This document shows positions 19,663 through 27,701 of a stretch of DNA of 64,000 bases, one piece after another; position 1 is the stretch's first letter, and each line of letters opens with the position of its first letter. Source of the stretch: Acidimicrobiaceae bacterium (GTDB lineage: Bacteria > Actinomycetota > Acidimicrobiia > Acidimicrobiales > Acidimicrobiaceae); the NCBI GenBank assembly GCA_027341385.1, contig DAIEMC010000105.1:1249-65248 (forward strand), given 5' to 3'. The translations under genes were made by a program, and so were the position numbers. Under the pieces are notes generated by a model that saw only the letters and a program-made list of their open reading frames with translations, searched no databases and was not told the origin of the DNA.

Positions 19663-20439
19663 ATGATCGTTCATCCAGCTCTCCTCGAAATCGCCGACGA
19701 CTCCCCTCTTGCCCTGGTTCCCTTTACGGGCGGCAGGATTTACCGCCATCAAAGGACGCTCGGGCTCGCTGACTGCGGCAGCGACGGAATCCTGCGCTTC
19801 GACGCAGCAGCGCGGATCGCTCAGGACATCGCGGCCGCCGACTTGGCGGACTCCGGACTCGAGGACGAGGGGGTGTGGGTCGTTCGCCGCACCCACATCC
19901 GGTTCTTCGGAGCGCCCCGCTATCGCGAGACCCTTGCCGTGTCCACTTTTTGCGCCGGCACCGGGAGGTCATGGGCCCAGAGGCGGACCACCCTGCTCGG
20001 AGAAGTGGGGCGGGTGGAGATCTCCTCCCTGTGGGTCCAAACCGACCCCTCCTCGCGGGCACCAAAGTCGCTCACCTCCCGCTTCCACGAGGTCTTCGGT
20101 CCTTCGGCTCAAAATCGGCGGGTCGGCACCAGACTCGAGCTTTCCGAGGAGAAGGATTTCGTGGTGCTGCCATGGCAGCCCCGGGTGACCGACATAGACA
20201 TCCTCGGGCACACCAACAATGCCGCCTACTTCGAAGCCATAGAAGAAGTGGCGAGGCGCTCGGATATGCCCAGCGCCGCCTCCACAGAGGTCTTCGCGAT
20301 CGCCGAATATCGCGACGGAGTCGAAGACGGTGAAATCGCCGAGGTCCGCTTGGCGTATGCCAGCCCCGATGGGTTCAGGCTCGACTTCCACGCGCGGGAA
20401 AAGCGCCAGTGCTCCCTGGCCTTCGGAACCAAGGCCTAA
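19663..20439 (+). CDS. Acyl-ACP thioesterase (double hot-dog, FatA-like)
   Basis: R.LGLADC, WVVRRT, T.C.GTGRSWA.R, DIDILGHTNNAAY. Confidence 0.82.
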   Translation: MIVHPALLEIADDSPLALVPFTGGRIYRHQRTLGLADCGSDGILRFDAAARIAQDIAAADLADSGLEDEGVWVVRRTHIRFFGAPRYRETLAVSTFCAGTGRSWAQRRTTLLGEVGRVEISSLWVQTDPSSRAPKSLTSRFHEVFGPSAQNRRVGTRLELSEEKDFVVLPWQPRVTDIDILGHTNNAAYFEAIEEVARRSDMPSAASTEVFAIAEYRDGVEDGEIAEVRLAYASPDGFRLDFHAREKRQCSLAFGTKA

Positions 20440-21284
20440 GCCGAACCGACCATCCGCCTGGCCAAGTCCACATCCTCGCGCCGAGGTCCGTTGCCGTCGC
20501 CCGGAGTCTCCAGGATCACGTCCGCCTTGGCCAGAGGCTCCTCGCAGATGAGTGCGGCAAGGGCCTCGATGCCGATACTGCCGGCTCCGAGGTTTTCGTG
20601 CCGGTCCAGGTGCGACCCTGGCTGCACCTTGGAGTCGTTCAAGTGGATCGCCTGCACGATTCCCGTGGGCAGCTCATCGGCTATGCGGGCCGCGGCCGCA
20701 GCCGGTTCATCGCGATAGTCGCAACCGGCCGCGAAGAGGTGCTGCGTATCGAGACAAAGGCCCATCCGGTGCGCTTCGTCCACCTTGCCGATGATCGTGG
20801 CCAGCTCCGCGAATGACGACCCCACCGAATCGCCGGCCCCGGCACTGTTTTCCAGCAGAAGCTTGACGGACCGCGACTCCGCCAGGGCACTGTTGATGGC
20901 GTCACTTATCGCGCCCAGCCTGGTGCCGAAGCCCGCGCCCCGGTGGCTGCCGACGTGCAGAACCGCGGCGCTCACGCCGATCGATCCGCAGAAGGCGAGC
21001 GTCTCGCGCAGAACTCGCACCGACCGCTCGTAGAGCTCGCGGTCGGGGGAGGCGATGTTGACGAGGTAGCTTACATGGCTCACCACTCGGCGAACGCCGC
21101 TGCCGGTCGCGTCCATTGCGTCACCGAACCCGGCAAAGCCCTCCTGCGAGATGGGGGCCGCCTTCCAGGACCGCGGTGAGTTGGAAAATATCTGGATCAC
21201 CGATGCACCGATGGCGTCCCCGCGCTCGACGGCGTGTCTGATCCCACCGGCAGCGGAGACGTGTCCCCCCACGAGGCGTGTCAA
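20436..21284 (-). CDS. nfo: Endonuclease IV
   Basis: GGHVSAAGG, QIFSNSPRSW, HVSYLVNIAS, VLHVGSH, LLENSAG, CLDTQHLFAAG, HLNDSK...DRHENLG, ILETP. Confidence 0.92.
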   Translation of the reverse strand: MTRLVGGHVSAAGGIRHAVERGDAIGASVIQIFSNSPRSWKAAPISQEGFAGFGDAMDATGSGVRRVVSHVSYLVNIASPDRELYERSVRVLRETLAFCGSIGVSAAVLHVGSHRGAGFGTRLGAISDAINSALAESRSVKLLLENSAGAGDSVGSSFAELATIIGKVDEAHRMGLCLDTQHLFAAGCDYRDEPAAAAARIADELPTGIVQAIHLNDSKVQPGSHLDRHENLGAGSIGIEALAALICEEPLAKADVILETPGDGNGPRREDVDLARRMVGSA

Positions 21285-21315
21285 CGCTCGCTCCTCGAAA
21301 GGCGCAGGCTTGCTC

Positions 21316-21789
21316 TCACCCGGCCGCCTCCTCGCCCAGGTCGAGGGACCGCCCGCCAAAGAGCTCCTTCAGCTGCGCCGAGGTCAGCTCGACCACGGAA
21401 TTCGGCGAACCGGCCGAGACCCAAACGGCATCCAGCTCGAACAGCTGGGCATCGACGTATGTCTCGACCCCGTCGGGTAGGACCAGCGGGCTGACACCAC
21501 CCACTGCATATCCCGTGCGCTCGAAAACCGTCTCGGGACCGGCGACCTTGAGCCTGGGGTCACCCGTTGCCTCACGAAGTTTCTGCCTGGAGACGCGCTT
21601 GGCGGCGGAAATCAGCACCACGGCCGTTCGTTCGCTCGACACGAAGACGACCGACTTCCCGATCCGCGCAACGTCCGATCCGACAGCCGCTGCGGCCTGG
21701 TGGCTCGAGGCCGTCGAATCGTCGGAAACGATGATTTGTGCACCCGGCAGCTTCACAGAGACGAAGTCCGCCACATCCTTGTTGAGCAT
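21316..21789 (-). CDS. YbaK/EbsC aminoacyl-tRNA deacylase
   Basis: QAAAAVG..VA.IGKSVVF, TGYAVGGVSP, VWVSAG. Start could be 21822. Confidence 0.85.
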   Translation of the reverse strand: MLNKDVADFVSVKLPGAQIIVSDDSTASSHQAAAAVGSDVARIGKSVVFVSSERTAVVLISAAKRVSRQKLREATGDPRLKVAGPETVFERTGYAVGGVSPLVLPDGVETYVDAQLFELDAVWVSAGSPNSVVELTSAQLKELFGGRSLDLGEEAAG

Positions 21790-21951
21790 GACCTCAGCGA
21801 TACCTTTCGCGGACTCCCGCACGAGCTTCGCGGCTACCCAATAGGGAGCCGGACCGCTTTATGCTAACCCTAGGCGTCCTGTGCCAACCCGTCGCATGCC
21901 ACGGTAAACAGGCGCGCCCATCGCAAGTTCAAATTGGAGATTCGGAAGATA

Positions 21952-23271
21952 ATGTCGCCGCGACTGGAATTGGAGCTGACAAGCGAGAGGCCCGACGGGA
22001 CCTGGACCTGGCGCAAAGCCGGTGCCAGGGAGCCACGGGGTGTCCTGGCGGGCTCGCTGCTCTACGAAGGCGCCAAGGTTGGGGATGTGGTCCGCGCCGA
22101 GGTCAGCTTCGAGATAGACGGCATCAGCGTCGAGGCCGTGCATCCTCCCCAGAAGCGGGAAGAGTCTCGGCATCAGGTTCTGGAGATCGTGCCTGCCCCG
22201 CGGCAGCAGTTCACCAACATCGAGTACGCCAAGCGGCCGCGTGGGCGTGACAGGCGCGAAGAGGGCGGCGAGCGCAAGGGCGGAAAGCGGCGTGAGGGTC
22301 GCGAGCGCAAGGAAGGTACGGGCGGGCGCCCAACCGAGGGTCGCGAGCGCAAGGAAGGTGCCACAGGGCACGCCGAAGCGCGGCGCACCCGGCGCCCTGA
22401 AGAGCGCCGGCCTGCGGCGCCACGTGCCGACCAGAAGACCGCGGCACCACGGTTCGCAAAGCTCAACCCCGGAAGAAAGCACCGCAACGAGTTCTTGGCC
22501 GGAGTCGCCGAGGAGCACAAGGTTATCGCTGAGCAGCTGATGGCGGGTGGGCTGCCTGCCGTCCGGAGCGCCATAGCGGAGCAGAACCGTGAACTGGCCA
22601 AGGAGGGCAAGGTCCCTCAGGCCGCCGAGCCGATTCTTGCCATTGCCGAAGGACTCCTGCCACCGCTCGAGCGCGCCACTTGGCTTGATCGCGCGGAGGC
22701 CGCACTCGCCGTCGCGGATCGGATCGGGCTTCGAGACCTGAAGGCGGTCGTCTCCTTCGGTGAGCGCGTCGCGCGCAGTGACGAAATGAAGGAGACCCTG
22801 GACAAGCTCAAGGAGCTGCTGTCGAGCCGGAGCGGCACCTTGGAGGCCGAATGGGTCGCCTCCATCCAGGAGGCACTGGAGGAGGGCAAGAGCATCAAGG
22901 CCGTGCGCCTCTCCACCAGGCCGCCGGATGTCACCTCCAAGCTCCCAGATGAGGTGCTAGCGAAGCTGGCCTCCGCCGCGAGCACAACCCTTTCTCCCGC
23001 TTCTTCGGCCGACCATTGGACTGCCATGCTCTCGGCGTTGGAAACCTCGCCGGTACGCAAGATGGTCGAGCCAAGCGGCTTTCCGCCGAATGCACCGGCA
23101 GAACTGCATGCACTCGCGCAGCAGATGAGCGGCCGCATCCCCAATCTGGCATCCCTGCTCGGCATCAAGATGCCGCCTCCTCCCCGTCCGCGCCGCAAGG
23201 TAGGCGAGCCCGCCGCAGAGGCGGAGGCCGTGGCTGAGGAGGCACCCGCCGCAGAGGCGGACGAAAGCTAA
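21952..23271 (+). CDS. Hypothetical protein: beta-rich N-terminal domain, R/E/G/K-rich linker, helical C-terminus
   Basis: Coding-like 440-aa ORF; internal 24-bp repeat gagggtcgcgagcgcaaggaaggt at 22294 and 22336. Confidence 0.75.
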   Translation: MSPRLELELTSERPDGTWTWRKAGAREPRGVLAGSLLYEGAKVGDVVRAEVSFEIDGISVEAVHPPQKREESRHQVLEIVPAPRQQFTNIEYAKRPRGRDRREEGGERKGGKRREGRERKEGTGGRPTEGRERKEGATGHAEARRTRRPEERRPAAPRADQKTAAPRFAKLNPGRKHRNEFLAGVAEEHKVIAEQLMAGGLPAVRSAIAEQNRELAKEGKVPQAAEPILAIAEGLLPPLERATWLDRAEAALAVADRIGLRDLKAVVSFGERVARSDEMKETLDKLKELLSSRSGTLEAEWVASIQEALEEGKSIKAVRLSTRPPDVTSKLPDEVLAKLASAASTTLSPASSADHWTAMLSALETSPVRKMVEPSGFPPNAPAELHALAQQMSGRIPNLASLLGIKMPPPPRPRRKVGEPAAEAEAVAEEAPAAEADES

Positions 23272-23300
23272 AAAGCCGACGCCCTGCTTACTGCTTTCCA

Positions 23301-23330
23301 GAACGGCCGGCCAGTGATGGCCGGCCGTTC
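23301..23330. terminator. Strong hairpin, probable terminator
   Basis: GAACGGCCGGCCA-GTGA-TGGCCGGCCGTTC, perfect 13-bp stem 30 nt after a stop codon; no U-tract. Confidence 0.65.
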
Positions 23331-23424
23331 CGCATATTCTCCCTCGTCGCCCTAATGTCCGGGGCTAAGCTTGGCCCCGCAGAGCCGCCGGCTGCGGAAA
23401 GCCGAGCACCGTCAGGAGTATGAG

Positions 23425-24192
23425 ATGGCCGTCATCACCCACCGGATTAGCGACCACATCTTCGGAATCAAGATCGACCGGCCCGATGCCCGCAATGCGG
23501 TCAATGGTGCCGTTGCAGCCGGGATGGAGGCCGCGATCGACGAGTTCGAAGCCGACGCGACTGCCTGGGTCGCCATCCTTTCGGGGAACGGCACCAACTT
23601 CTCCGCCGGAGCCGACCTGAAGGAGATCGCCGCCGGCAATGCGGCCGCCCTCCGCACTGAACGAGGAGGCTTCGCCGGGATCGTCGCACGCGAGCGAACC
23701 AAGCCGATCATCGCCGCCGTTCATGGTTCGGCGCTTGCGGGCGGTTGCGAGATAGCCCTTGCCTGCGATCTCATCGTCGCCTCGCGGGGCGCGAAATTCG
23801 GCCTGCCGGAGGTCAAGCGCTCGCTTGTTGCTGCCGCAGGAGGTCTCTTCCGCCTACCTCATGTACTGCCACGCAATCTCGCCACCGAGGTTATCTTGAC
23901 GGGAGACCCGATCTCGGCCGAGCGGGCCCACGAGTTCGGGATGGTCAACGTTCTTTGCGACGAATCGGAGCTCGAGGAGGCGGCGGTCGTCCTGGCCATG
24001 CGAATCGCCTCCAACGCCCCGCTAGCGGTCCGCGAGGCCCTCGCCATCAGCAAGCAGGCCTTTGCCGCATCCGAGGGCGACCTCTTCGCTCAGAGCGGGG
24101 ACGCGATGGCCCGCCTTGCGTTGACCGAGGACTTCAAGGAAGGGCCGCGGGCTTTCATCGAGAAGCGCGACCCGCGATGGCAGGGCCGCTGA
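23425..24192 (+). CDS. Enoyl-CoA hydratase/crotonase family
   Basis: DRPDARNAVN, FSAGADLKE, KPIIAAVHG.ALAGGCE, FGLPEVKR. Confidence 0.92.
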   Translation: MAVITHRISDHIFGIKIDRPDARNAVNGAVAAGMEAAIDEFEADATAWVAILSGNGTNFSAGADLKEIAAGNAAALRTERGGFAGIVARERTKPIIAAVHGSALAGGCEIALACDLIVASRGAKFGLPEVKRSLVAAAGGLFRLPHVLPRNLATEVILTGDPISAERAHEFGMVNVLCDESELEEAAVVLAMRIASNAPLAVREALAISKQAFAASEGDLFAQSGDAMARLALTEDFKEGPRAFIEKRDPRWQGR

Positions 24193-24201
24193 CCAGGCCG
24201 T

Positions 24202-24726
24202 TCACGAGCCTTCGGGCCGCCTCATCTTGAGCGTCCGGGCTCGATAGCCATTGCGCTCACCCAGATTCTTCGCCTCCCTGGCGCCCGGCGGAACCCGGAA
24301 AAAGACTCCGGGAGATCCCTCGGAACGCGCCCACGAGTCAAGCATCCCCAATAACGCACTGCCGGCTCCCCTGCCTCTTTGGTCGGCGCGGAGGTAGATG
24401 AAGGCTTCAGCCTCTTCATGGGGTGTCGGCTGAAGGTCCAGGATCCCGAGGCCGATGACATCCGGTCCGTGCTTGAATTCGAATGCGACGCTGCGTCTCG
24501 CAGTGCCCGGCCCCGGCCCCGGCGCGGGCCGCGGTCGCCCGTCGGCGAGCGAGGCCATCAGCGAAGCCCACATTGCCAGTGCCAGCTCTTCGCCACCCTT
24601 GAAAGCGCAGAACTCTTCGTAAGCCCCCAGAGCCAGCGCAACAGCGGCATCGCAATCGGGCGCCGTCAGCGCCTTCAGCTGGAATTCGATCGGCGCGCGC
24701 CCGCCCCTCGGCTCCGACGCCGCCAT
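24202..24726 (-). CDS. GNAT family N-acetyltransferase
   Basis: IYLRADQRGRGAGSALL (acetyl-CoA motif A). Confidence 0.75.
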   Translation of the reverse strand: MAASEPRGGRAPIEFQLKALTAPDCDAAVALALGAYEEFCAFKGGEELALAMWASLMASLADGRPRPAPGPGPGTARRSVAFEFKHGPDVIGLGILDLQPTPHEEAEAFIYLRADQRGRGAGSALLGMLDSWARSEGSPGVFFRVPPGAREAKNLGERNGYRARTLKMRRPEGS

Positions 24727-24731
24727 GGTGC

Positions 24732-25286
24732 CTAGAGCAGCTTCTCGGCCTTGGCAAGGATGGTCTTGCGCCCCCTATGACCAAGCTCGTAGCCATAGAC
24801 CAGCTTCAGCTCGCGTTTGGACAGAAGATCAAGTTTCGCGGTTATCTGCGTGGCGGAGAGGGTCGCATAGTTGGGGATCACTGCCTCGACTTCGCCCAGG
24901 TCAACCTCGATCTGAGCCGCTTTGGGAGCGGCGCTCTCAGTCGGCACGGTCGCCACCCGGCCCTCTTCCTGGGCAACGGTGGGCACCGGCTCCTCTCGCT
25001 GATCGCCGAGCACCATGCGGGCCAAGTCGGCCCAAGGCTCCGGAAGCACCAGGTCGATCAGGCCTTCGGCCTGCTTGCGGACCTCGGCCAACTGCTCCTG
25101 CGCCTTGGACTCGGCCATGCCGACCGCCATCTGGCCGATGAAGCGAGCTGTCGCAGCCCGCGACTCGACGACCGATCGGCCCTCCTCGACGGCGCGCGGC
25201 AGGGCCTCGGCGATCGAATGGATGATGCCGACAGGGGCGTAAACCGCATAATCAATGAGCTTCTTCAGATCACCGTCGTCCATCAA
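24732..25286 (-). CDS. Hypothetical protein with small C-terminal helical domain
   Basis: C-terminal IPNYATLSATQI..KLD.LS..EL..V..YE..HRGRKTIL motif seen in actinobacterial proteins. Confidence 0.65.
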   Translation of the reverse strand: MMDDGDLKKLIDYAVYAPVGIIHSIAEALPRAVEEGRSVVESRAATARFIGQMAVGMAESKAQEQLAEVRKQAEGLIDLVLPEPWADLARMVLGDQREEPVPTVAQEEGRVATVPTESAAPKAAQIEVDLGEVEAVIPNYATLSATQITAKLDLLSKRELKLVYGYELGHRGRKTILAKAEKLL

Positions 25287-25331
25287 GCCTCCCGGCGCAC
25301 TCCGGACCTCAGCCCCGATACGGAACGGATA

Positions 25332-25859
25332 TTACACGCAGTCCCTGCAGTAGCTACGCTCCTTGTCGGCGAGCTGGGTCAGCTTTTTGACGAGGAAGCA
25401 GCTTTGGCAGACGAACTCGTCCGGCTGCTTGGGAAGCACCGTCAAGGCGATATCGGAGCGCTCGTCGAGTTCGTCCTCGTCGTAGCTCTCCTCTTCCTCG
25501 TCCATTACGACAAGGCGTTCCTTGAGAATGTCGTCGAGGCTGGCCTCGACTTCTTCGTCGAGCTCCTCCTCTTCCTCTTCGGCTTCCTCTTCGGTTTCAG
25601 CCTCGGCCTCGGCCTCTTCCTCGGCCTCTTCCTCGACCTCGAGGTCCTCGAGGTCCTCCTCCTCGCCGATGTCTTCGAGTTCGTCGAGGTCTTCGAGTTC
25701 GTCTACCTCGAGATCCTCGAGGTCCTCCTCCTCGTCCAGCTCCTCTTCCTCTTCAAAGTCAGCATCCTCAAAGTCCTCGAACGACTCGTCGTCGACGGAC
25801 TCCTCCATATCCTCGGCGCTGACCACATCATCGCCGTCGTTCGCCTTCTTCCTAGGCAT
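25332..25859 (-). CDS. DUF4193 family protein with very long Asp/Glu tract
   Basis: C-terminal VLPKQPDEFVCQSCFLVK...C.DC; central region mostly D/E. Confidence 0.8.
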   Translation of the reverse strand: MPRKKANDGDDVVSAEDMEESVDDESFEDFEDADFEEEEELDEEEDLEDLEVDELEDLDELEDIGEEEDLEDLEVEEEAEEEAEAEAETEEEAEEEEEELDEEVEASLDDILKERLVVMDEEEESYDEDELDERSDIALTVLPKQPDEFVCQSCFLVKKLTQLADKERSYCRDCV

Positions 25860-25972
25860 CAGACATTCCCTTCCGCCGGGGGTATCAACCATCCCCCAGA
25901 CGCACTAAAACCCATTCGCAGCTTGTCGCCCAATTGAATCAACTTCGGGAGCCGCTTTGTTCCCGCAAAACT

Positions 25973-27631
25973 CTAGCGACCGACACCTTGGCTCGCGCCG
26001 CCGTCGTCGGAACCTTCCCCAGTGGTTGACCTCTTGCGCTCCTCCCTCTGGATGGAGGTGAGGCGGCCGGCTTCGCCCGCGCTCAGGTCAACGTGGATCA
26101 TGGCCCCCGCAATGCGCCGATGTCGGACTCGGTCCGCAATGCACCGATACATCAACTGAGCCACCTCCCGATAGCTTTCGTGCCCCTGAGGTGCTGATCG
26201 GAGCTCTATGAGGTGCATCGCTTCGCGCGCGTTCAGCTCGAAGTCGAAGCGGATCCGATATGCCATGGGAACCGCGTACGCGGCCACCTCGGGGCCGTGG
26301 GACCGGCGGAGGTCCCGATGATACTCCGCCGCGCGCTCCAGCGAGGAAGCATACGCATCGGCTTCGCCTTCCGCGAGCTTTGGCGAAGTGAAGTAACCCA
26401 TTTCACATCCCAGGTCCGCCCAGGAGATGGAGAGCATCCTATGTCTCTGCAGATCTCGGAAGGCCCCGTAATCCGCTTCGATGGAGAAGTGATACCTTGT
26501 CCGCTCGAAGGCTCTTCCCGGGCGGTGACGCCGATTCTCCCGGTTGCCGCTATAGGCAGCAAAGAGCTCGTCCACCTCCGTGCCTTCCATCGAGCCCGCG
26601 AGGCCCTCCGCCGTCGCAGCGTCGATGCCCAGTGCCTCGGTCATGATCGCCGCCGCCACCCTGAGCTCCGCGTCGGCATCCCAATCGACAAGGGCGACCG
26701 AGGAGCCCAGCGGCCCCGCGAGGCGCTCCACGCTCACCGGCATCGCATCGGGATGCGCCGCCTCGATCCGCCCGGCAAGGCCGGCCAGCCCGTGCCTGGT
26801 CCGGCGCAGGTACTCGACCCAAGGTTCCCGGCGTTCCGGACGCGAGAGCCGCGTGACCATGGAGGGAATCTCCCGTTCCAACTCGCGCTGGAGTTCACCC
26901 CCCAGCGCGCGCATCTCGGCCAGAGGGTGTGCGGCCAGGTGCAGCACCAGCTGCTCCAGGGCCTGTGCCGATGCGTATACGCCCACGTTGGAAGCTGTCG
27001 CCGCGGGAAGCATTCCGCGGGTGGCGTCGAGCGCGAGGGCCCGGAGAGTGGCGCGCATGGCCGAGGGCAACGCGTCGACTCCGCCGGAGGCGGCGAAAAG
27101 GCGGTCGGTCACCCGTGCCGTCAGGCGGGAGTAGGCGTCGAAGAGACCGTCCATCTCGCTCTCGAAACGGGCGAGGTCGCTCCCCTGCAACTCGGGGGGC
27201 CGGACGTAGCGATAGCGGCCCAGCGCATCCCGGAAGTCGTAAGGAATGTAGCGGGTTGACTGCTCCAGGTAGGCAGCGAGCCTCGGCCTCTCGACCACCT
27301 TGGTGGCCAGATTGGATATCCCCTCCAGCGCGACATGAACGCCCGCGAGCTGGGCAACCGAGTCGTCACCGTAGTCGGCGAGCACTCTGGAAAAGAGGGC
27401 TTCGGAACGGGCCACGCCCTCGCCGGCACTCGCTCGCGGCACGCCTTCCCCGCCTGAGAGGAACTCGTCGAGAAACAGGCGCCGCAACGACTTCGGGGAG
27501 CGTGAATACCGGGCGAAGAGTGCCGCCTTGGTCACGTCCGGTAGGTCGGTCAAGGTGTATACGTGGCTGTCGAGGTTTGAAAAGTGCCGCGAGAGGACCT
27601 CGCGCTCCTCGGCCGTGAATTCAGGGCTCAT
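25973..27631 (-). CDS. thyX: Tandem-domain FAD-dependent thymidylate synthase
   Basis: ALFARYSRS, YGDDSVAQLA, EQSTRY, ARGMLP-like LDATRGMLPAAT, RDLQRHR, NAREAMHLIELRS..QGH.SYR. Confidence 0.8.
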   Translation of the reverse strand: MSPEFTAEEREVLSRHFSNLDSHVYTLTDLPDVTKAALFARYSRSPKSLRRLFLDEFLSGGEGVPRASAGEGVARSEALFSRVLADYGDDSVAQLAGVHVALEGISNLATKVVERPRLAAYLEQSTRYIPYDFRDALGRYRYVRPPELQGSDLARFESEMDGLFDAYSRLTARVTDRLFAASGGVDALPSAMRATLRALALDATRGMLPAATASNVGVYASAQALEQLVLHLAAHPLAEMRALGGELQRELEREIPSMVTRLSRPERREPWVEYLRRTRHGLAGLAGRIEAAHPDAMPVSVERLAGPLGSSVALVDWDADAELRVAAAIMTEALGIDAATAEGLAGSMEGTEVDELFAAYSGNRENRRHRPGRAFERTRYHFSIEADYGAFRDLQRHRMLSISWADLGCEMGYFTSPKLAEGEADAYASSLERAAEYHRDLRRSHGPEVAAYAVPMAYRIRFDFELNAREAMHLIELRSAPQGHESYREVAQLMYRCIADRVRHRRIAGAMIHVDLSAGEAGRLTSIQREERKRSTTGEGSDDGGASQGVGR

Positions 27632-27701
27632 TGGCAAACAAACTACAAGGCTTGCCGATGCCGGTGGCTCTGGGACGGGCCTTTCGGAGACCGAAGCCCT
27701 T

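Noticed and set aside
24777-25937. 386-aa ORF and a poly-Ser ORF (25522-25908) on the plus strand
   Set aside because: By-products of the complement of the Glu/Asp codon tract in DUF4193.
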